Positions 1 to 13,064 of a DNA stretch of 64,000 nt are shown one piece after another (position 1 is the first letter of the stretch; every line of letters begins with the position of its first letter). The stretch is taken from contig NC_043021.1 in NCBI RefSeq assembly GCF_006345805.1, forward strand, positions 28,830,001 through 28,894,000, in the 5' to 3' direction. Source of the DNA: Octopus sinensis (lineage: Eukaryota). The position numbers and the translations under genes were made by a program. The notes beneath the pieces were generated by a model, which was given only the letters and a program-made list of their open reading frames with translations, ran no database searches and was not told the DNA's origin.

Positions 1-62
<62 letters not shown>

Positions 63-195
63 TATGTATTATATATATATATATATGTATATACATATAT
101 ATATGTATATATATATATATATATATAATGTATATATATATATATATGTATACATATATATATATGTAATATATATATATGTATATATGGTATAC

Positions 196-257
<62 letters not shown>

Positions 258-429
258 GTATATATATATACATAATATATATTATGTATGTATATATATG
301 TATTAATATATATATATGTATATAAATATATATGTATACATATATATATATAGTATGTATATATAATATATGTATACATATATATATGTATACATATATA
401 TATATGTATACATATAAATATATGTATAC

Positions 430-473
<44 letters not shown>

Positions 474-567
474 GTATACATATATATGTATATATATATA
501 TATGTGTATATATATATAATAGTATACATATATAATATATGTATACATATATATATATGTATATATG

Positions 568-613
<46 letters not shown>

Positions 614-764
614 CATATATATATATATGTATACATATATATATATATGTATTAGATATATATTATGTATACATATATATATATGTATATGTATACAGAT
701 ATATAAAATATGTATAATATATATATATATATGTATACATATATATATATATGTATATGTATAC

Positions 765-799
<35 letters not shown>

Positions 800-839
800 T
801 GTATACATATATATATATGTATACATATATATATATGTG

Positions 840-905
<66 letters not shown>

Positions 906-952
906 CACATATATATATATATGTATACATATATATATATGTATATGTATAC

Positions 953-984
<32 letters not shown>

Positions 985-1067
985 GTATACATATATATAT
1001 ATATATGTATACATATATATATATATGTGTATATATATATATATATATGTATGTATATATATATATG

Positions 1068-1119
<52 letters not shown>

Positions 1120-1286
1120 TTATATAGATATATGTATATATATATGTATACATATATATATTGTATACATATATATATATGTATACATATATATATATAT
1201 ATATGTATACATATATATATATATATACATATATATACATATATATACATATATAATATATGTATACATATATATATATATATATA
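1..1286. repeat. Degenerate (TA)n microsatellite with TATG/CATA interruptions
   Basis: Near-continuous TA dinucleotides; the overlapping Tyr/Ile ORFs are translation artefacts. Confidence 0.98.
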
Positions 1287-2120
1287 GTCGTAAAAGAATT
1301 ATTGATAACAAACATAACTTACGCACCGATACAAAGCGAATGAAGGCAGATAACCCTTATTTATTCCCCTATTACCGATCTAAAAGTAAATATAACACCT
1401 TCAAAAGTAATTACGCTATGAATACTAGTAAAAAATATTGGTTAATAATTCCTTACGGGAGACAAATTAAATCTATCTCCCACTGCTGTTTCGTCAAGCT
1501 ATTGCTAGGAATTTTCCAAATAATTCTAGATATACTCTATAATTAATTCACATAAGGTTAGGATAGGTTTTCAAACACAAAAAATCTCTTGCAAATTATA
1601 TCTTCTCATAATAACAAACTGTTAAATATTAATACATTTACTAATACTAACATTAATTTAGCTACTACCATCCAACCCTCTAGAAATATTAATAACAAGG
1701 TTATTGTATCTGAAGTCAATCCAATAGAATTAAATTTATGTCAAGTAACTCTAAGATTAAAAATTCTATATACCAGTGTATAATCAGTACTCGTAATAAA
1801 GTACGATTTTACATTGGAAGCACATCGTTAGAGTTATCTAAGAGAATTTCTATCCATTACTCAACATTTAGAGATAGAAATAAACGGAATAGTACCGGTC
1901 TCAGCAAACTGATTTGGAATTTAAAAGACCACAATGAACAATTTCATTTGGAATGGTTGATCCTCTCAATTTCGATACCATATGACAAAGGCAAGAGAAA
2001 TTCTGTCTTCTCTGCAATTCTGAGCTATTTTTCATTATTTTTTCTAAAAATACTCTAGTAAACACGGTATAGAACGAGCATACAGATGTAAGCATTGGCA
2101 AAAGCATACTTTTAGTGCAT
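1287..2120 (+). mobile_element. 3' fragment of a Penelope-like retroelement (linker plus GIY-YIG endonuclease), frameshifted
   Basis: ORF 1738-2058 reads SIYQC...FYIGSTSLELSKRISIHYSTF...STGLSKLIWNLK...LEWLIL. A shifted frame continues CLLCNSELFFII (from 2004) and RCKHWQK (from about 2084). Upstream frames give KYWLIIPY and LQIISSHNNKLLN. This matches the GIY-YIG, CxxC and terminal CxH layout of PLE endonucleases as I recall it; no RT core present. Confidence 0.8.
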
Positions 2121-2612
2121 ATAAGTAGTCTCTATCATTATATATAGTTAGACTTTAATTTCCTTTATATTTAACATTCACTATTAATATCCCTACTCTT
2201 TCTGTTAGCTACTTATGACGTTATATCATATAACGTTTTTTTAAACAATATTAATAGCGTTCTGTCTATCGCTATACGAATCCATCATTTTTTGCTAAAT
2301 GTCTGTCGTATTGACAAGTTTCGTTTTTTCACTTTCCCGAAGAGAAGATTGCATTGTTTATACCTTTTATCTTTTGAATAAGTATCAGTGGAATTTTTGA
2401 AACATATGTAGAAAGAAAAAATACTTGTTTAAACCTGCGTTGACTCCATTTTTTATTCCTATTATTCAAATATTCAACGTAAACACGAAGTTCAACCTTT
2501 ATAAACAAGGAGTTACAACATCTTTACTTGTGAGATTTTGCTGCCCTTGGTAACTATTCATTCATTTATCCGTGTTAATTGTTAACAAGGTAAAATACGC
2601 TCATCTATTTTA

Positions 2613-2710
<98 letters not shown>

Positions 2711-2736
2711 TTATTTTTATGTATATATATAGTATA

Positions 2737-2780
<44 letters not shown>

Positions 2781-2792
2781 ACATATATATAT

Positions 2793-2867
2793 AACTTAGA
2801 ATAACTTAGAAAGGTTTTTGGCCAGTATTGGCCCAGGCCATGTCTAACTTAATAGCACCACCTGGCG
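2793..2867 (-). mobile_element. Isolated 3' end of the LINE family seen at 60814-63905
   Basis: GGCCAGTATTGGCCCAGGCCATGTCTAACTT..ATAGCACCACCTGGCG is near-identical to 60830-60878. Confidence 0.85.
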
Positions 2868-2949
2868 TATAGCAAACCAAATGGCGGTGCCCCAGCAAGG
2901 CCACAGCTCATTAGCTGTAACTGGAAAAATCAAAATCAAAATCAAAATC
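2866..2949 (+). mobile_element. Isolated 3' end with (AAAATC)n tail of the LINE family at 6071-7494
   Basis: Reverse complement of 6071-6154 with about one substitution. Confidence 0.9.
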
Positions 2950-3153
2950 ATATGTATATATATATATATATATGTATACATATATATATATATGTATACA
3001 TATATATATATATGTAGAGGGCATTATACATACATGCCAGGAGGCATTCTACATACACGCCATACGCTAAGAGGGACAATCAGTCATTTCTACCAAAAAT
3101 ATTACTAATCCTACCGAATGCAATTTTTCAAAGAAAGACATTTAAAAATATAT

Positions 3154-3201
3154 AGACCTGTATCACAGTGATTTCATACTTACGTAATCATCAGCAGGCC
3201 T
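3154..3201 (-). ncRNA. Minimal type I hammerhead ribozyme motif, copy 1
   Basis: Minus strand reads GGCCTG-CTGATGA-T-TAC-GTAA-GTA-T-GAAA-TCAC-T-GTGAT-A-CAGGTC: core boxes plus stems I, II and III. Confidence 0.75.
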
Positions 3202-3630
3202 GAATATACTTAATAAACAACGACCCTGCTTCGCTTAAGCCGATCAGCTAACTGATCAACATCAACGAAGCACATGGGTGAATTTATATATTACTAATCC
3301 GGATGAATGGCAAACTTTTACGAATGCATTTCGGGAGAGGAAAAGTTTTTTCGGAATAAAAATTTAGCAATTAAGGACAACTACTTAATAAGGAAAACTT
3401 AACAAGAAATTGTCAGGTAGATAGCGTAAAAACCTCATAAGAGAAAAAATTTCGAAAATAATTATTTCTTATTGAACATATTAATTTATATATAGAGGGC
3501 ATATACATACATGCCAGGAGGCATTCTACATACACGCCATACGCTAAGAGGGACAATCAGTCATTTCTACCAAAAATATTACTAATCCTACCGAATGCAA
3601 TTTTTCAAAGAAAGACATTTAAAAATATAT

Positions 3631-3678
3631 AGACCTGTATCACAGTGATTTCATACTTACGTAATCATCAGCAGGCCT
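3631..3678 (-). ncRNA. Minimal hammerhead ribozyme motif, copy 2
   Basis: Identical to copy 1. Confidence 0.75.
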
Positions 3679-4109
3679 GAATATACTATAAATAAACAAC
3701 GACCTGCTTCGCTTAAGCCGATCAGCTAACTGATCAACATCAACGAAGCACATGGGTGAATTTATATATACTATATCCGGATGAATGGCAAACTTTTACG
3801 AATTGCATTTCGGGAGAGGAAAAGTTTTTTCGGAATAAAATTTAGCAATTAAGGACAACTACTTAATAAGGAAAACTTAACAAGAAATTGTCAGGTAGAT
3901 AGCGTAAAAACCTCATAAGAGAAAAAATTTCGAAAATAATTATTTCTTATTGAACATATTAATTTATATATAGAGGGCATTATACATACATGCCAGGAGG
4001 CATTCTACATACACGCCATACGCTAAGAGGGACAATCAGTCATTTCTACCAAAAATATTACTAATCCTACCGAATGCAATTTTTCAAAGAAAGACATTTA
4101 AAAATATAT

Positions 4110-4158
4110 AGACCTGTATCACAGTGATTTCATACTAGTACGTATCATCAGCAGGCCT
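4110..4158 (-). ncRNA. Minimal hammerhead ribozyme motif, copy 3 (stem II variant)
   Basis: Core CTGATGA and GAAA intact; the stem II region reads TACGTACTAGTAT. Confidence 0.65.
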
Positions 4159-4589
4159 GAATATACTATAAATAAACAACGACCCTGCTTCGCTTAAGCC
4201 GATCAGCTAACTGATCAACATCAACGAAGCACATGGGTGAATTTATATATACTATATCCGGATGAATGGCAAAACTTTACGAATTGCATTTCGGGAGAGG
4301 AAAAGTTTTTTCGGAATAAAAATTTAGCAATTAAGGACAACTACTTAATAAGGAAAAATAACAAGAAATTGTCAGGTAGATAGCGTAAAAACCTCATAAG
4401 AGAAAAAATTTCGAAAATAATTATTTTTATTGAACATATTAATTTATATATAGAGGGCATTATACATACATGCCAGGAGGCATTCTACATACACGCCATA
4501 CGCTAAGAGGGACAATCAGTCATTTCTACCAAAAATATTACTAATCCTACCGAATGCAATTTTTCAAAGAAAGACATTTAAAAATATAT

Positions 4590-4636
4590 AGACCTGTATC
4601 ACAGTGATTCATACTTACGTAATCATCAGCAGGCCT
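4590..4636 (-). ncRNA. Minimal hammerhead ribozyme motif, copy 4 (one A missing from GAAA)
   Basis: As copy 1 with a 1-nt homopolymer deletion, possibly sequencing error. Confidence 0.55.
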
Positions 4637-5433
4637 GAATATACTATAAATAAACAACGACCCTGCTTCGCTTAAGCCGATCAGCTAACTGATCAACATC
4701 AACGAAGCACATGGGTGAATTTATATATACTATATCCGGATGAATGGCAAACTTTTACGAATGCATTTCGGGAGAGGAAAAGTTTTTTCGGAATAAAAAT
4801 TTAGCAATTAAGGACAACTACTTAATAAGGAAAACTTAACAGAAATTGTCAGGTAGATAGCGTAAAAACCTCATAAGAGAAAAAATTTCGAAAATAATTA
4901 TTTCTTATTGAACATATTAATTTATATATAGAGGGCATTATACATACATGCCAGGAGGCATTCTACATACACGCCATACGCTAGAGGGGACAATCAGTCA
5001 TTTCTACCAAAAATATTACTTATCCTTTGAAAAATTGCATTCGGTAGGATTAGTAATATTTTTGGTAGAAATGACTGATTGTCCCTCTTAGCGTATGGCG
5101 TGTATGTAGATGCCTCCTGGCATGTATGTATAATGCCCTCTATATATAAATTAATATGTTCAATAAGAAATAAATTTTCGAAATTTTTTCTCTTATGAGG
5201 TTTTTACGCTATCTACCTGACAATTTCTTGTTAAGTTTTCCTTATTAAGTAGTTGTCCTTAATTGCTAAATTTTTATTCCGAAAAAACTTTTCCTCTCCC
5301 GAAATGCAATTCGTAAAAGTTTGCCATTCATCCGGATATAGTATATATAAATTCACCCATGTGCTTCGTTGTGTTGATCAGTTAGCTGATCGGCTTAAGC
5401 GAAGCAGGGTCGTTGTTTATTTATAGTATATTC

Positions 5434-5481
5434 AGGCCTGCTGATGATTACGTAAGTATGAAATCACTGTGATACAGGTCT
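5434..5481 (+). ncRNA. Minimal hammerhead ribozyme motif, copy 5 (inverted arm)
   Basis: CTGATGA 5441-5447; GAAA 5460-5463; stem III ATCAC/GTGAT; putative cleavage after A5474 (AUA triplet); stem I GGCCTG/CAGGTC. Confidence 0.75.
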
Positions 5482-5745
5482 ATATATTTTTAAATGTCTT
5501 TCTTTGAAAAATTGCATTCGGTAGGATTAGTAATATTTTTGGTAGAAATGACTGATTGTCCCTCTTAGCGTATGGCGTGTATGTAGAATGCCTCCTGGCA
5601 TGTATGTATAATGCCCTCTATATATAAATTAATATGTTCAATAAGAAATAATTATTTTCGAAATTTTTTCTCTATGAGGGTTTTTACGCTATCTACCTGA
5701 CAATTCTTGTTAAGTTTTCCTTATTAAGTAGTTGTCCTTAATTGC

Positions 5746-5901
5746 TATATATATATATGTATATATACATATATATATAACATATATATAATATATGTAT
5801 ACAATATATATATATGTATATATACATATATATATATGTATATATACATATATATATATTATATATACATATATATATATATGTATATATACACATATAT
5901 A

Positions 5902-5947
<46 letters not shown>

Positions 5948-6070
5948 TATATACATATATATATATATATACATATATATATTCATACATATATATATAT
6001 ACATATATATATACATATATATACATATATATATACATATATATACATATATATATATATATATACATAT
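5746..6070. repeat. (TA)n/(TACA)n microsatellite
   Basis: Direct inspection. Confidence 0.97.
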
Positions 6071-7494
6071 GATTTTGATTTTGATTTTGATTTTTCCAGT
6101 TTCAGCTAATGAGCTGTGGCCTTGCTGGGGCACCGCCATTTGGTTTGCTATACGGGTTTACCTCACGGATGCTTTTTAGCAAACGCCATGCATGAGAGAG
6201 TTCGATGCAGCTGCCCTCATCTGCACCTCCTGCCGTGAAGTTGGTTCATCCGGGACACCTGACAGGAAGAGATCCAGTCCTACTTTAAAGACATCCGCAT
6301 CTACACCATGCAGGTCCCTCAGGTTCTAAGGGAGGATATTGAAGAGCCGTGGGCCTCTGAAGCCCAGGCTATCACAATATCTTGTCCTACATCTTGATTG
6401 CAAATTTGGAGTCCTTGGTACTACGCAATGGCGTCCGGTTCTGGCGTTTGTGTGACTCTCGATGCCAAAGTCTGGGACAAGACCTTCCAGGATCTTCCAG
6501 ATATATATTATGGCATATCTTTCTCGCCTACGCTCCAGGGAATAGAGCTTTAATCTCTTGAGTCTCTCCCAGTAGCTCGTATGCTGCACAGAGGCTATCT
6601 TCTTCGTGTAGCTTCGTTGGATCACCTCAAGTTCTGTGATCAACTTGACACTGTATGGTGACCATAGCTGAGAGCAATAGTCAAAGTGGCTTAGGACAAG
6701 TGTCTTCCAGAGGACCATCATGGTTTCTTGTTCTCTTGTTCTAAAGGTTCTAAGAATCCATCCAGCCAGCCGTCTGCATTTCATTGTCAGTTTAGCAACA
6801 TGTACATGAAAGGTCGCGTCATCACTCATTTGAATACAATGTCACGCACTGATTGTGCCTCTGGGATTGCAATCCCTCCGGGTCCGGTGTATTCATTGGG
6901 TATTGCATTCAGTTTTGCATGCTGATAGTATAAAGCTTGAAACTTTTCAGCATTGAACTGCATGCTATTCTTTTCAGCCCACTTGTATATTTCGTCCAGC
7001 TCACATTGCAGGTGCTTAGTGTCTTCAGGGTTCTGTATTGCCTGTGAAACTTTTGTATCATCTGCATAACTTGTGATCGTGGCTCTCCGCGTGGCTGAGG
7101 GCATGTCTGAGAGGGCCATTATGAACAGTAGTGGTCCCAAAACAGTGCCCTGTGGAACACCGCTCACTATTTGGGTGCTAATGGAAGCCCCATTGGCTGC
7201 TACCACCTGACTTCTATTCTTCAGAAAGTCATGAAGCCATTCTCCTAGTTTTCCAAGATCACGCTGTTTGTGACATATCATTCCATGATCGACTTTATCG
7301 AAGGCCTTTGCGAAGTCGAGATATATGACTTCCACATTTGAGTGGTTGAGCAGTTGTTTCAGCACCCAGTCATAGTGCTGCAGGAGCTGAGTTAAGCAGC
7401 TTCTTCCTGGTCGGAAACCATGTTGGGTGTCAGGCAGCAAGTCATTTTCTTCAAGGAAGGTGATTAGTTTCCTTCTGACTATTCGTTCCATGAC
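6071..7494 (-). mobile_element. 5'-truncated CR1/L2-group LINE (RT and C-terminus, 3' UTR stem-loop, (AAAATC)n tail)
   Basis: ORFs 6826-7491 and 6326-6829 contain QHGFRPGRSC, YLDFAKAFDKVDH, GVPQGTVLGP, YADDTK and YWERLKRLKLYSLERRRER; frameshift near 6830. Confidence 0.93.
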
Positions 7495-7960
7495 GAAACT
7501 GTTGATTTACTGACAATTCTACAACTAAATTTTATCAATCTCCTGACCACCATGCTTGGTCCGTAACCTCTATACATCCCTTATCTTTATATTTTTTTAC
7601 ATTTTTATCATGTTTTTTTACTTTTATTTCTATTTCTATTTTTACTTTATAACCTTATGCCTTTACATTTATTTATATTTCTTTATGCTCTACATTTTTA
7701 TATTTTTCTATACTTACACTTTTTATACATTTTTTATCCCTCGTCCTGAATTCTCGCCCCTCCATCTTCACGTCTATATATGTATTTATTTATTTACATT
7801 ACTTCAACATCCAATTTTCCTCATTCTACATTGAGAGAAGAAAGAGATGGACGCTTCAATTCTATGCTGCTGCCGCATTATGTCGTACGCGAATGAGAGG
7901 ATTTGCATCCCCAACCAAGAATTTTTGATGTAACACATGTCCTTGTGGAAGCTGTTGTGC

Positions 7961-8038
7961 GCGGCTGAAGAAGGCCACAGACATACATTATGCATTGTTA
8001 TAAATCTGTCTAATAAAGGCCCGAAACATATGTACCGC
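7961..8038 (+). ncRNA. Solo type I hammerhead ribozyme motif
   Basis: GCGG-CTGAAGA-A-GGCC-[loop with ACAGA/TCTGT hairpin]-GGCC-C-GAAA-CATATGT-A-CCGC. Palindromic stem III ACATATGT, GUA cleavage triplet, 4-bp stem I. Confidence 0.7.
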
Positions 8039-8146
8039 TGAATCCTTCGCATCATGTTTTTATTTTGATCAATTTACTCCACCACCTACACCACCAAACG
8101 GTATACACAGGTGCTTATAATTATCAAGTGCTCACCCCGAATTTCT

Positions 8147-8857
<711 letters not shown>

Positions 8858-11757
8858 AAATCCTTAAATCCTTAAAAATGTTTTAGCCCGAAGGCTGCGG
8901 CCATGCTGGGGCACCACCGCTGAATGAGCTACACTAGTTTGGGTATCCACCTCTGATACGTGGCACTTGATCAACAAGGGAGTTCGATGCTGCTGCCCGC
9001 ATCCGTGTCTCCTGTCGTGAGGTAGGTTCATCTGGGACTCCCAACAAGAAGAGATCCAGTTTAGTTTTAAAGAAACCCACATCCACACCATGTAAGTCTC
9101 TCAGGCATTTAGGGAGGATGTTAAAGAGCTGTGTTCCTCTGGACCTGTATTTTGATGGTGATGTTGGAATCCTTGGTACCACGCAGCGGCGCCCCGTTCT
9201 GCGGTTGGAGTAACTTTGAATGCCAAAGTTTGGGACAAGACCCTCCAGGATTTTCCAGATGTATATCACTGCATATCTCTCCCGCCTCCGCTCCAGGGAG
9301 AAGAGGTTTAATACCTTCAGTCTTTCCCAGTAGCTGACATTTTGCATTGAGACGATTTTCTTTGTGTAGCTTCTCTGAATTGCTTCGAGTTCTGCTGTTT
9401 GTTTTATATTGTGTGGTGACCAAAGTTGGGAGCAGTAGTCCAAGCGGCTGAGGACGAATGTTTTCCATAGGACCATCAGTGTCTCCTTCTCTCTTGTTCT
9501 GAAAGTTCGGAGAATCCATCCAGCTAGCCGTCTGCATTTTATCACCAGATTAGCAATATGCATTTGGAAAGATGCATCATTGCTCATGTCAATGCCCAGG
9601 TCACGCACTGATTTTGACTCAGGGATTGCAATTCTTCCTGGGCCAGTGTATCCAGTCTTCACATCATTTACCTTTGTGTGCCAGTAGCGCAGGGCCTGGA
9701 ACTTATCTGCATTAAACTGCATGTTGTTGTCCTCAGCCCACCTGTATATTGTGTCCAGCTCATGTTGCAGATGCGCAGTATTTTCAGGGTTTTGTATTGC
9801 GTGGGAGACTTTTGTGTCATCTGCATAGCTAGCAAGGGTGGTCATCGTAGCAACTGAAGGCATGTCTGAAAGGGCCACTATGAACATCAGTGGCCCCAAG
9901 ACAGTGCCCTGTGGGACACCGCTTGTTATTTGCGTTTCCTTGGAGGTGGCTCCATTGCTACAACTGCCTGTTTTCTGTCTTTTAGGAAGTTGTGCAGCCA
10001 CTCTCCAAGTTTCCCGCCTATGCCGAGACCACGCAGTTTGTGACAGATCATACCATGGTCGACTTTATCAAAAGCTTTTGCAAAGTCGAGATATATTACA
10101 TCCACATTTGAGCCATTTAGTAGCTGTTTCAACACCCAGTCATAGTGTTGCAGGAGCTGTGTTAGGCAGCCTCTACCTGGTCGAAATCCATGCTGGGTGT
10201 CAGACAGCAAGTCATTTTCTTCAAGGAACGTGATTAGTTTCTTACGGACTATTCGTTCCATGACTTTGCTGATGTGTGAGGTCAGAGAGATAGGCCTATA
10301 ATTTTTAGCATCTGCTCTGCTACCTCCCTTATGGATAGGGCATATTACCCCCTCTTTCAGTTTGACTGGGAGCTTACCACTTGCAAGAAAGCTCTGAAAA
10401 AGAAGCTGTAGCGGTTTTGCAAGGGCTCGTTTGCACGATTTGAGAAGGATCGCTGGGAATCCATCAGGTCCAGCAGCTGAGTTTGTGTCAATCTCATCAA
10501 TGGCTAGTGTGATATCATCATCTTCGATGTTGATGTACTCAATTTTTGTCTCTTTGGCCGCAGGTAAAGTGGCAAAGAATTCTTCTGGGTTGTTTACTTG
10601 CCTATGTCCTAGAGGTGTAGTGAACACACTTTGGAACTGTTCGTTCAGTATTTCACTTATCCTCGTGGGATTTCCTGTGAGAGAGCCATCTTTTTGGAAG
10701 AGAGGTCCTATTCTCTGGTGCACTGTGGCTGTCTCTTTGGCAAACTTAAAGAAAGCTTTAGGGTTTGATTTTATATTTTCTATTACCCAAGCTTCTTTAT
10801 CTGCTCTCTCCTTTTCATGGGACTGATGTAGACTTTTCTCAGTTTCCATTAGCATTCTTTCGAGCCGAGACTTCTCACCACTTTTGGTATGCTTGCTCAG
10901 GCGGTTTGCAATCCTTGTCCGTCGTCTCATAAGAATCCTCCTTTCTCTAGGGATCCTGTTTTTGTTCTTGTGTGTGCTGGCCCTGCACATTGGGACATAT
11001 TTGTCACATATGGCTTGTATTATGGACATGAAGTGTTTGTGTTTCATGTTTATGTCCGGTGTGGAGAGACATTCAGGCCAATCCTGTTTGAGGATCTCTT
11101 TCTCAATCAACTTCCAGTTGGCTTTATGAAAGTTTAAGTTGGAGAGATGGTGGGTGCTTCGTATAGGCTGTGTGTCTGCGGGGGCTTTTGTTCCATACAT
11201 AGACAGCTCTATTATGTTGTGATCCGTGATCATTGTCGGCATCACATTAACATTATGGATAATATCCATATTGTTTGTGAAGCAGAGATCCAGTATATTA
11301 TCTGCCCTTGTTGGTTGCAGAACTATTTGCTCCATGAAAGAGGCATTTGTGAGATGGAGCAGGGACTCCACCTGTGCCTGCTGATGGTGTGTCATCCCTG
11401 GGAGCATCTGCCCCCCAGGCCATTCCACATGAAGAATACACTGTTGTGCTGTTCAAGGTTGGTGAGGACTTCTATTTTTGTTAGGCAGTCTTCAAACATG
11501 CCTGAGTGTTTTGGGGCATCTGGTGGGCGATATGTAGTGCATATGACGATATTCAGTTGTCTTATGTGTACAATTTGAGTTTCACATACTGAGTTTGAAT
11601 ATGACAGCAGGACCTGGGGCGTGAGGTCATCTCGGATGTACATTGCAACTCCACCATAGCTCCTCCCTTTTCTATCTGTGCGTATGACTGCATATTGCGG
11701 CATGTGTATTTCTGCATCACCTATATCGGGTTCAAGATGCGTTTCTGTGAGTGCCAT
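8858..11757 (-). mobile_element. CR1/L2-group LINE ORF2 (APE endonuclease plus RT), frameshifted, 5'-truncated
   Basis: ALTETHL...[13 protein letters not shown]...YRPP (endonuclease); LDLCF and TDH motifs; AAGPDG, YRPISLTS, LDFAKAFD, GVPQG, YADD. 3' hairpin AGCC-TTCG-GGCT and (AAGGATTT)2 tail. Frameshifts near 11430 and 9960. Confidence 0.95.
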
Positions 11758-11891
11758 ATATATATGTGTATATATATATGTGTGTATATATATATATATG
11801 TATATATGTATATATGTATATGTATATATGTATATGTATATATGTATATATGTATATGTATATATGTATAAGTATATATGTATATATATAC

Positions 11892-11941
<50 letters not shown>

Positions 11942-12278
11942 GTATATATAGATATGTATATATATATATGTATATATACATATATATATATGTATATATA
12001 TATATATAATATGTATATATATATGTGTGTATATATATATGTTATATATATATGTATATATATATGTATATGTATATATATATATATGTATATGTATATA
12101 TGTATATGTATATATATATATATGTATATGTATATATGTATATGTATATATGTATATGTATATATATATATATGTGTATATATATATGTATATATATATA
12201 TGTATATATATATATTGTATATATATATATATATGTATATATATATGTACATATATATATGTATATATATATATGTAT

Positions 12279-12313
<35 letters not shown>

Positions 12314-12585
12314 GTATATATATTATGTATATATATATATTATATATATATATATATATGTGTGTGTATATATATATATATGTATATATATATGTATATA
12401 TATATATATATGTGTATATATATATGTGTATATATTATGTGTATATATATATGTGTATATATATAATATGTATATATATATATGTATATATATGTGTGTA
12501 TATATATGTGTATATATATGTGTATATATATATGTGTATATATATATATATGTGTATATATATATATGTATATATATATATATTG

Positions 12586-12620
<35 letters not shown>

Positions 12621-12683
12621 GTGTATATATATATGTGTATATATATGTGTTATATATATATATGTGTATATATTATATATGTG

Positions 12684-12742
<59 letters not shown>

Positions 12743-12763
12743 GATATATGTATATATATATAT
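11758..12763. repeat. (TA)n/(TATG)n/(TG) microsatellite
   Basis: Direct inspection. Confidence 0.97.
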
Positions 12764-12860
12764 AATTTTAATCCAAACGGGAAAACAGAAAAAACAACAA
12801 CACGTGGAACAATTACAGTATTATTATTAATAGGCGCTCAGGAAAGATGGAAGCAGGAAG

Positions 12861-12895
12861 GTATGACATTTCGAGCGGAGCTCTTCGTCGGAAAC
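12861..12895 (-). ncRNA. Degenerate minimal hammerhead-like motif
   Basis: Minus strand reads GTTT-CCGACGA-A-GAGC-TCC-GCTC-GAAA-TGT-C-ATAC. Core has U4C; stems I and III each carry a mismatch. Confidence 0.45.
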
Positions 12896-13064
12896 ATAAA
12901 GAAGGAAGAGAGAGGAAAGAAAGATCCCAAGGTGGGCAACAAGAGGGAGAAAAAAAACGACTGGTGTTTACGAAGTACACATGGTGAAAGGCGGAAGTTT
13001 ACGATAGCAAGAGCAAAGTAGGTTTTTAAAGCCAAAAGAGTGGAGACAGGGTTGGTAACGCAAC

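Larger units (their letters stand above)
3014..5745. repeat. ~478-bp tandem repeat: about 4.2 direct copies (3014-5025), then about 1.5 inverted copies (5026-5745)
   Basis: GCCAGGAGGCATTCTAC recurs at about 3036, 3513, 3992, 4472 and 4950; the reverse complement follows the junction near 5026. Confidence 0.97.

Noticed and set aside
2325-2400. Possible decayed hammerhead downstream of the PLE ORF (CCGAAGA...GAAT)
   Set aside because: Both core boxes are altered and stems are not convincing.
9838-11578. Plus-strand ORFs overlapping LINEs (also 38047-39181 and 61325-63842)
   Set aside because: Antisense or alternate-frame shadows of the RT ORFs.
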